Source: Eledone cirrhosa (Eukaryota). Taken from it: a DNA stretch of 64,000 nucleotides. The stretch covers positions 53,630,001 to 53,694,000 of the forward strand of contig OZ024747.1 in assembly GCA_964016885.1 (NCBI GenBank), read 5' to 3'. Made by a program: the position numbers and the translations under genes. The notes below the pieces were generated by a model. That model saw only the letters and a program-made list of their open reading frames with translations. It did no database searches and had not been told where the DNA came from. Below are positions 50,578 through 61,376 of the stretch, one piece after another (position 1 is the first letter of the stretch; every line of letters starts with the position of its first letter).

Positions 50578-50600
50578 AAGTTATGTATATATATATATAT

Positions 50601-50925
50601 CATCATCATCATTTTACGTCCATTTTTCCCTGCTTGCAAAGGTGGGACGGGAACTGATTCTGGCTTGATTTCTACAACTGGATGCCCTTCCTAACACCAA
50701 CCTCATTTACAGTGAGTGCTGGGTGCTTTTTTGCCGTGGCACCTCCACGACCACTTTGCAGTGGAATGATATGGACCCCAGTCCTTATCATCTCATTTCT
50801 ACAGCTAAGTAAACTGGAGCAATGTGAAATAAAGTGTCTTGCTCAAGGAAACAACACATCACCACGGTCTGTGATTGAACCCACAACCTTTTGATTGCAA
50901 GCCCAATGCTCTAACTATGTGCCTC
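50601..50925 (-). mobile_element. CORE-like SINE with RTE-type tail
   Basis: Family match. Confidence 0.85.
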
Positions 50926-51339
50926 CATGTGTGTATGTATATATATATATATATATTTATATATATTTATTTATGTATATATATGCATGTGTGCGTGTGT
51001 GGGAGAGAGACCACCACCACCTTTCCATTTACAGGGGAGGAAGCAACATCTAGTGGTCTTTAGTATACACTACCTCTCTGCTCTTCCTTCCATGCCTTAT
51101 CACTCAACTCTTCACCAGTTAAGTACCCACCCTAGTCATACCTCTCCAATCCCCACCCTAGACGTAACTCTCCAATCCCTACCCTACTTACATGCACCAC
51201 CACATGACTTTCCACATCTGGCGTACTCTTCTTGACCAACTCATGTATACAAGCAAGGAAAGCTGCACATTTTCTACCACAATGCTGCTGAAATTGCTAA
51301 AATCTTTCAGTCCTCCCAGTAAGGTGCTCATATTGGTGT

Positions 51340-51835
51340 CATATGTCATGACAAAAGAGCACCTAGCCCTATCTGTAGGTTGGTCATGTTGGTGACATGT
51401 CAAATAATCAGCGAGTTCACCGTGTAAGGGAGCCGGTCATGATAGCAACGTGACAAAAAGCACCCAGTCCACCCAATGGAGTAGACATGTTAGCAACATG
51501 ATACAACAATAAACGCCCAGTTCACCCTGTAAAGTGACCATGATGATGACATGACAAAAGCACCCAGTCTAACCTGTAAATTGGTCATATTGGTGACAGG
51601 ACAAAAAAGAGCCTAGTCCACATTGTAAAGCGGTCGTGTTGGTGACATGACAAAAAAGAGCCTGGTCCACGCTGTAAATGTGGTTGATGTTAGGAAGGGC
51701 ATCCAGCCATAGAAACCAGGTGAGAAACAGATCAGTACAAGCTAGACACAGTCATCTGATCAGATTTGTCTCACAATGGGACAATTCGTCTAACTCATGC
51801 CAGCATGGAAAATGGATGTTAAATGGTGGTCATTA
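51340..51835 (+). mobile_element. RTE-type 3' UTR with ~7 tandem ~50-bp modules
   Basis: Repeats of GACAAAAAGCACCCAGTCCAC.CTGTAAAGTGGTC.TG followed by GTTAGGAAGGGCATCCAGC and the RTE terminal motif. Confidence 0.75.
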
Positions 51836-51852
51836 TGATATGCATCATCATT

Positions 51853-52182
51853 CATCATTTCATTTTACGTCCACTTTTTCCCTGCTTGCAAGGGTGGGAC
51901 GGGAACTGATTCTGGCTTGATTTCTACAGCTGGATGCCCTTCCTAACACAAACCTCATTTACAGTGAGTGCTGGGTGCTTTTTTGCCATGGCACTTACAC
52001 GACCACTTTACAGTGGAATGATAGGGATCTCAGTCCCTATCATCTCATTTCTACAGCTGAGTAAACTGGAGCAATGTGAAATAAAGTGTCTTGCTCAAGG
52101 AAACAACACATCACCCGGTCTGAGAATTGAACTCACAACCTTTCGATTGCAAGGCCAATGCTCTAACCACTAAGCCATGTGC
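51853..52182 (-). mobile_element. CORE-like SINE with RTE-type tail
   Basis: Family match. Confidence 0.87.
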
Positions 52183-52746
52183 ATACATGTAACAATTCTC
52201 TTTGTAATGCTAAGTGGTTGGTGATAGAAAGGGAATCCAGCCGTAGAAAGCTTGCTAAAAAAAGGGTTGGGAGGACCCATCATTTGTGTCAATGACATGA
52301 CAACTGCTCTTGTACTGGTGTATTTGTTAGAATGTGAGAATGTACATAAGTGAGATTCAGACACCCAGCCTTATTGGGGCATCAGTAACCCCACTTCAGT
52401 ACTGATCTGGTTTATGAAGACCTGCCCAACCTTAGGTAGCACAGAAAACCAATGTTAAACAATGATGATGATGATGATGATGATGATGTATATCTGTGTA
52501 ATGTTGATGGACATGAGAATGACCACTCAATAATGAAATAGAGTTTAATAGCCACAATAACGATTATTATATATATATAATTTCATATAGTAGACTGATA
52601 GAAATATTTATATAACTTGTGTCATGTCATGCCCTAGGATTTAACTCCTGGTGGAATTCTGGGGTTACTGTTATGATATACAGCCTATTGGGCATTTTAA
52701 ACCTTGTGCATTTTAAACCTCTCTACATCTAAACACACTTCTTCTT

Positions 52747-52818
<72 letters not shown>

Positions 52819-53612
52819 AAGTGTCAGAAAGAGAAAGTAAGAAAGAGATATATAAAGAAAGAATAGAATGGTACTTTATCAACCTCAAAAGGATGAAAGT
52901 CAAAATTGACTCTGATATGATTTGATCTGAGAGAGCTGATAGTTGAACACTCCAGAACATTGAATCCAATATTCTGATGACTCAGCCAATTCACCAACTG
53001 ATACTAGTTCTCTACCACCATACAAAAGGATCCTTATATTTTACACTGTAAAACAATATTTAACATGTCCAAACATGTTACAACAACCACAGTTTTAGTA
53101 TTGCTGGAATTTGATGTTTCCTTGTGGATATATCTAAATAGTGTTGATTTTATTGAAGATATAATATTGATTTCTAACATTTGCATTGTTGTATTAGAAA
53201 AGTTTATAGTATTTGGAATTAACCTAAATATGTGATTACTAATTATTCATGGATAAAAGTTTGGCTGAGTGGTTAAGAGTTTGCTTGTAAATCATGAGGT
53301 GATGGGCTTGATCCCACTGTGTGGCATCTTGAGCAAGTATTATTATCATAACTTTAAAACAGAGGTTCTCAAACATTATCCCCCCACCCTCACAGCCATG
53401 TAATACACTCAGCACCCCCAGCCCCTTTTTCCAGAGAGAACTACCTACACACAAATTGTAAATAAAATATAATATATAAAATCATTAATTTATATATAAC
53501 AAATAATATAATATATACTATGCATAAATAAATATTATATATTTTGTATTTTACTATATCTATATATATGTATCATTTGATATTTAATATACTATTATAT
53601 CTTCTCTACAAA

Positions 53613-53800
53613 GGGCAGTGGATTGGCAGTATCGGTAGAGGGTCAGACACCATGCTTTCCAGCATAGTTACGTCCCTTTACGATCTGAGTTCAAATCCTG
53701 CCGAGGTTGACTTTGCCTTTCATCCTTACAGGGTCGATAAAATAAAGTACCAGTAATGCACTGGGTAATTGCTGGCCTTGTGCCTAAAGTAGAAACAATT
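53613..53800 (+). mobile_element. Meta/Sauria-domain-like SINE
   Basis: Family match, with flanking ATTATATCTTC.CTAC duplication. Confidence 0.9.
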
Positions 53801-54551
53801 ATATCTTCCCTACTGCACCACCAGCCAGCCCCTTCAGCCCCAGCACCCTCTGGATTGCCTACTTTGAGAACCTTTGCCTTAAAGTGAACAAAGACATGGG
53901 AGTTAATTTGCATCAGTTGCATACAGATGTTTGGTAATGTTCAGGGCCAACTCCTTGCTTGTATGCTCCATAAAACTAAAGTCTAGGGCCAAGTACTGAG
54001 AAATGTGAAGAAGGAAAATATTTTAAATATATATAAACAGTTGAATCATAAAATAACCACTTCAAATCACTTCAAATTAATTGAAAACCAGCCACATAAG
54101 TTTGTCTGAGTATAAATGTTGAATTTCAAGCTAATATATTTCTCAATCTTTTGATCTTGTTCAGAAAAAGGAACACACATTTTGGATGGGTGCTTGAGAA
54201 ATGTGACTGAGTATTGCGCTTAGTATTGAATCAAGAACCTTGTATTGAATAGAGAAACCTGCATAACTCTTTAGTTTGATGCCCCATCACCTGCCCAGGG
54301 CCAGCACACCATCTCTGCACCCTAAGAGATGGACTGTACCTGTAATTCAAAAGTTATATAATGTGTTATGCTGAATCAACAAGAGAACATATATATTTTT
54401 GGAATACTCAACCACTTACGAATTAATGCATGAGCTGGGTATTGAGTTGATCAAATGATTAAATGTTCTTTGTCAAAACTGATGAATGATCCCTCATCCA
54501 GCAGTAAATTTGCAGCAATATTAAAAAAAATCATTATTATTATTATTAAAA

Positions 54552-55416
54552 GTCGGTAGAGCATCAGACAACTGGCTTTGTGACATATAATTACATCCTT
54601 TACATTCAGAGTTCAAATCCTGCCAAGGTTAGCTTTACCTTTCATCCTTACGGGGCTTGATAAAATAAATTTAATCGACTTTCCCCTCCCCCAAATTTCT
54701 TGTCTTGTGCCTATAGTAGAAATCATTATTATTATTAATGAGATAATTGCTGGCCTTGTGCCAAAAAGTAGACACAATTATTATTAAGGGCGGTAGTTTG
54801 GCAGTATCGGTAGAGGGTCGGACAACATGCTTTGCAGCACAGAGTTACGCCCCTTTCTGATCTGAGTTCAAATCCTGCCAAGGTTAACTTTGCCTTTCAT
54901 CCTTACGGGGTCGATAAAATAAAGTACCAGTAATGCACTCGGATAATTGCTGGCCTTGTGCCAAAAGTAGAAACAATTCATCATCATCTTCGTTTAACGT
55001 CCATTTTCCACGCTAGCATGGGTTAGACGAGAATTATTATTATTAAAGAGTGTCAGACAACATGGTTTGTAGCATAGAGTTATGTCCCTTTACGACTTTA
55101 CGATCTGAGTTCAAATCCTGCTGAGGTCAGCTTTGCTGTTAATCCCTACGGGGGTCGATAAAATAAAGTACCAGTAATGCAATGGGGTCAGTTAAATCGA
55201 ATTGTCTCTCTCCTCAACATCAGAAACTATTTTTATTATTTCTTCCTCGGTAGAGGGTCGGACACCATGCTTTCCAGCATAGTTACGTCCCTTTACAATC
55301 TGAGTTCAAATCCCGCCGAGGTTGACTTTGCCTTTCATCCTTACGGGGTCGATAAAATAAAGTACCAGTAATGCACTGAGTAATTGCTGGCCTTGTGCCT
55401 AAAGTAGAAACAATTA
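54552..55416 (+). mobile_element. Cluster of ~5 same-orientation Meta/Sauria-domain-like SINE copies and fragments plus a 50-bp RTE tail
   Basis: Copies at ~54552-54725, 54745-54780, 54788-54978, 55045-55200 and 55248-55416 (TSD ATTATTTCTTCCT). Confidence 0.85.
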
Positions 55417-55839
55417 TTTCTTCCTAGAACTATATGGATCATACTCATTTTTTTTTCTTCTACAAACTAACTATCATGCCTTATGAAAAAAATGGCCTTA
55501 GATGGAAATTACTTCTCCTCCTCCATCTTCTTACCATCATCATAATTATTTAAACATTTTCTCATCCTAATTAATATTTTCTGGTTGAGTGGTGTCAGAC
55601 ATGGTCAACTGATAAGATTAATACCTAGTTGTAGCTAATCCATTCTGTTTATTGACACTGTCCTCATTACAAATCCTGGTGGATTTGTCTTTGATCTTTC
55701 ATTACTTCACAGTCAATAAAACAAGCACCTGTGATATATTGAGGTCAATTCCATTGACAAACCCACCCGCTGCCTCCTCAAACATGACTAGGTCACTTCA
55801 GCAATACATAAACTTATAAATCATAACCTCATTATTGTC

Positions 55840-57112
55840 ACCGCCACCATACCTCCATAACACCACCACCATTATGACCACCATTTTAACCACTACAACA
55901 ACACCATGACCACCACTACCACCACCCCATTACCAACACCACCAACATTATGACCACTATAGCAACACCTTGACCACCACCATCATGACCACCATTTTAA
56001 CCACTACAACAACACCATGACCACCACTACCATTATGACCACCACTACCCCTCCACCCCCCCATTACCAACACCACCACCATTATGACAACTATAGCAAC
56101 ACCTTGACCACCACCATCATGACCACCATTTTAAACACTACAACAACACCATGACTACCACTACCATCATGACCACCACTACCACCACCCCCATTACCAA
56201 CACCACCACCACCATTATGACCACCACCATAAGCACCAATACCACCACCACCACCACCACCATAAGCACCAATACCACCACCACCACCACCACCATAAGC
56301 ACCAATACCACCACCACCACCACCACCATAAGCACCAATACCACCACCACCACCACCACCACCATAAGCATCAATACCACCACCACCACCACCACCATAA
56401 GCACCAATACCACCACCACCACCACCACCACCACCATAAGCACCAATACCACCACCACCACCACCACCATAAGCATCAATACCACCACCACCACCACCAC
56501 CACCACCATGAGCACCAATACCACCACCACCACCACCACCATGAGCACCAATACCACCACCACCACCACCACCACCATGAGCACCAATACCACCACCACC
56601 ACCACCACCACCATGAGCACCAATACCACCACCACCACCACCACCATGAGCACCGATACCACCACCACCACCACCACCACCACCATGAGCACCAATACCA
56701 CCACCACCACCACCACCACCATGAGCACCAATACCACCACCACCACCACCACCATGAGCACCAATACCACCACCACCACCACCATGAGCACCAATACCAC
56801 CACCACCACCACCACCATGAGCACCAATACCACCACCACCACCACCATGAGCACCAATACCACCACCACCACCACCACCATGAGCACCAATACCACCACC
56901 ACCACCACCATGAGCACCAATACCACCACCACCACCACCACCACCACCATGAGCACCACTACCACCACCACAACCACCACAACCAGCATAAGCACAACCA
57001 CTAACACCACCACCACCACCACCACCACCACTGCCATCACAATAAACACCACCACCACCACCACCACCACCACCACCACCGCCACCGCCACCACCACCAC
57101 CGCCACCGCCAC
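55840..57112. repeat. (ACC)n-based minisatellite with ATGAGCACCAAT/ATAAGCACCAAT spacers
   Basis: 30-39-bp units that give poly-Thr and poly-Val ORFs. Confidence 0.93.
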
Positions 57113-57396
57113 CATTCTTAGCTATATTAACATTTCATTAATATTTTGACTTTGCCTTTCATCCTTACGCGGTCTCGATAAAATAAAGTACCAGTAATGC
57201 ACTGGGTAATTGCTGGCCTTGTGCCTAAAGCAGAAACAAATATTAATATTATTGTTGTTGTTGTTATTGTTGTTGTTGTTGTTTGTTTATTATTATTGTA
57301 AGAAATCATTATCATTAAAAAAAAAACCTACCAGAAATCATTATGATAATTATATTTATTATTATTTATTATTATTCTATATTGTAATTATATATA

Positions 57397-57583
57397 GGGC
57401 GGTGGATTGGCAGTATCGGTAGAGGGTCGGAAGCCATGCTTTCCAGCATAGTTACGTCCCTTTACGATTTGAGTTCAAATCCCGCCGAGGTTGACTTTGC
57501 CTTTCATCTTTACGGGGTCGATAAAATAAAGTACCAGTAATGCACTGGGTAATTGCTGGCCTTGTGCCTAAAGTAGAAACAAT
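57397..57583 (+). mobile_element. Meta/Sauria-domain-like SINE with TSD
   Basis: ATTATTCTATATTGTAATT is duplicated on both sides. Confidence 0.9.
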
Positions 57584-57915
57584 TATTCTATATTGTAATT
57601 TTATATTTGGAATATTTCTTTCATCCAATGTCGTTATGGCAAATAATAGGAATTGTTATTGTTGTCAAAGTCTTATTGGTATGTAAGAAACCATAATTGT
57701 CATCATCTTCATTTTTATCTTTCGATCATTGATATTGCTTAATTTTTTTAGAATATATTTCTCTTCATATATATATATATATATATATATTTGCATATAT
57801 TTATATATATATATATATATATATATTCCAAACCCATGCAAGCGTGGAACACGGACGTTAAACGTTGATGATGATGATATATATTTGCATATATTTATAT
57901 TTATGTATACATAAG

Positions 57916-57981
<66 letters not shown>

Positions 57982-58144
57982 CATATAACTATATACATAT
58001 ATATACATATATACACGCACATATATATATACATATATACACGCACATATATATATACATATATACACACATATATATATACATATATACACACATATAT
58101 ATATACATATATACACACATATATATATATACGTATATACACAC

Positions 58145-58202
<58 letters not shown>

Positions 58203-58756
58203 GTATATAGTTATATGTATATAAATATATATATATGTATATAGTTATATGTATAACTATATATATATATATATTTATATACATATAACTATATACATAT
58301 ATATATATATATATATAGTTATATACATATATATATATAGTTATGTGTGTGTGTCTATTTCTCCCTCCCTCTCTCTCCTATCTACCTATCTGTCTCTCTC
58401 ACTGAGCAGTGGCCAGCTTTCCTGCTAGGTAGCAAGTGTCCTGCTAAAGTACATTTAAAGTCATTGAGGTCAGTGGGCCATTGAAATGAACACAGATCTA
58501 TGATAGGCGGTGCAGTGTGCAGTGGAGCATAAAGTAGGACTGTGGCTGGCAGCTCATCATTGAAGTGTGTCAGTGCAAGTCATTGGACAGCGAAACTCAC
58601 GCATACACATACACACATGAACTCATCCTGAGGCTTAATCAATGCTTATATCCCTCTTGAGTATTAAAGGACATGGCCATTGATCTGATCTCTACAACAT
58701 CCTCCACCTTCAGACATATATACACACACACACATTTATGCATGTATATACATACT

Positions 58757-58796
<40 letters not shown>

Positions 58797-59300
58797 TATA
58801 TATATATAAAAATATACATAAACAAACATACATACATACACACCATTGACCTAATACATAAACATACATACATACACACCATTGACCTAATACATAAACA
58901 TACATACATACACACCATTGACCTACATTAAAACATACATTCAAGCTTCAACGCCCACACATCCTGATATACACTAACACATACATAGACTCCCACATAC
59001 ACACATAAATACCCTTATATATATATACATATTATATACATATATATAATCTTGTATACAAAATATAACACTCACTCAAAAGTATAGGCATAAATATGCA
59101 CATATATATACTGTATATATACCTATATGTATAAATTTATTGCTTGCTCTCTTGCTTGCACTCTCTCTCTCTCTATATATATATATATGTATGTTTATGT
59201 AGTATATTTATATATGTATGTATGTATGTATATATATATATAAATTAATAAAAAAACAATGAATAAAAACAAAGAAACAGTTCCTTATATTAAAAAGTTC

Positions 59301-59433
59301 ATCATTTTACGATCGTTTCTAGGATATATATGTGTGTGTTGGTATGTATATCATATAGATCTATGTAAAAATTTTACAAACTATCAGTGGGAATATACTA
59401 CCTACACATATATATGCTGTCTTCAGAAATAAT
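59301..59433 (-). ncRNA. Minimal type I hammerhead ribozyme with palindromic loop 3
   Basis: AUUAUUU-CUGAAGA-cagcAUAUAUAUGUGU..ACACAUAUAUAUccua-GAAA-C-GAUC-G-UA-AAAUGAU. Stem I is 7 bp, and there are two mismatches at the base of stem II. Confidence 0.75.
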
Positions 59434-59616
59434 TGTTTCTACTTTTGGCACAAGGCCAGCAATTATCCAGTACATTACTGGTACTTTATTTTATCGACCC
59501 CATAAGGATGAAAGGCAAAGTTAACCTCGGCGGGATTTGAACTCAGAATGGCAAGGGCCGTAACTCTATGCGTCAAAGCATGGCGTCCAACCCTCTACCG
59601 ATACTGCCAATTCACC
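59434..59616 (-). mobile_element. Meta/Sauria-domain-like SINE inserted at the hammerhead
   Basis: 18-bp TSD GCTGTCTTCAGAAATAAT at 59416-59433 and 59617-59634. Confidence 0.93.
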
Positions 59617-60389
59617 GCTGTCTTCAGAAATAATGATATTTGTTTATTGAAAAAAACCAACAAAGATTTAATATAAGTCTGTTTGGGAACAGGTTTTGAA
59701 TTGACCAATAGAAGAGTAGTAAGAGGTCAAGTTGATAGAATAGTAGTAGTAGAAATTCAATTTAGGGGTAGAGGAATGCAGACTTCAGTTTTGAATGGAA
59801 ATAATACTTTGAATGAAAAGATTACTTTGTGGATGAAATGAGATCAAGCCGGTGAAAGGTACACGAAAATTTGATGTTATTAAAGAATAATGCTAATGTT
59901 AAAATCGAAGGAGAATAACATTTTAGGATAAATGTGTTAGTGAGAAATACCAATCTTATTAAAAACATAAGGAATTTAGATCTATAAAAAGAAATTAAAT
60001 TAATTTAATTGATAGGTATATTTATAGGGATAAATTTATATTAATTCATATAGATGTGATAAATAAGAGTTAGATGTTATTAAAGAATGTTGTTAAAAAC
60101 GAAGGAAAAAAAAAATTGAGGCATGGGGGATTAATGTATTAGTGAGAAATAACAAACTTATATAGACTACAAGGAATTTAGATTCATAACAGGAAATTAA
60201 AATAGCTTATATGTATACTTATAGGTATTAATTTTAGGAAAAGATAGCTGTAAAAGGGAAATAAAATTATGAAGTTCTCATTAGTAAAATACTAATTATA
60301 GGTTAACTAAATTCAAAAAGAAAACAAAAAAAAAAACTAATTATAATAATTTGTAAAATAAAAGTGTATATTAATTAGGTTTATAATAT

Positions 60390-60811
60390 TTGAAAGTTCT
60401 TCTAATTCTATGATTGCACGATATAATTAATTATTGTCGCTTAATTAATAGGATATCCTTAGATTTCATTATTTCAAAAAGTTCCTGGGAACATAATCTA
60501 CACTTATATCTGTTATTTTGATAAGGGGTGGCCCTTTTGAGCACACTCCAGGTCAGGTTATAATCTATATTCTTTTTTCTATAATTATTAATTATTTCAG
60601 CCAAGGATGTTGTATTAGCTAATGCGGCATTTTTAAAACTGTGTTTGTGGGTATTAAATCTTACTTTAAATTGGTTAGAAGTAGCTCCTATATATGAATA
60701 AGTTGAATCCTTACTGTTAATTTTACATTTATATACTATGTTATTAATAAGGCAATTTCCTTTTAATGGGCAATTTTCATCGAAAACATTTTTTACATCT
60801 TTTCTTTTCAT
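60390..60811 (-). pseudogene. GIY-YIG endonuclease domain of a Penelope-like retroelement (RT missing, premature stop)
   Basis: [50 protein letters not shown]. Confidence 0.8.
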
Positions 60812-60906
60812 ATTTGTATTACATTGAGTTCTTCATACGGATTGGACACTACCGTATATTTTGGTAGATTTATCTATATATATATATATATATGTTTATA
60901 CATATG

Positions 60907-60945
<39 letters not shown>

Positions 60946-60964
60946 ATATATATACATATGTATG

Positions 60965-60995
<31 letters not shown>

Positions 60996-60996
60996 G

Positions 60997-61028
<32 letters not shown>

Positions 61029-61056
61029 CATATGTATATATATATATATACATGTG

Positions 61057-61095
<39 letters not shown>

Positions 61096-61124
61096 GTATG
61101 TATATATATATATACATATGTATG

Positions 61125-61155
<31 letters not shown>

Positions 61156-61267
61156 GTATGTATATATATATATATATATATATACATATTCTCTCGAGTA
61201 AACAACATCTGATCAACATCATACAACCTGCCTTTCATTTTTAGGGAGAACCCTTTAGCGGTTAATT

Positions 61268-61339
<72 letters not shown>

Positions 61340-61376
61340 CATATATATATACATATATATATATATACATATATAT

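Larger units (their letters stand above)
59245..60840 (-). mobile_element. Penelope-like element 3' fragment (GIY-YIG endonuclease, AT-rich UTR, hammerhead-bearing pseudo-LTR)
   Basis: The GIY-YIG ORF is followed on the same strand by a minimal hammerhead, with (TA)n flanks. Confidence 0.8.

Noticed and set aside
56138-57149. Poly-Thr and poly-Val ORFs
   Set aside because: They come from an ACC-based minisatellite.
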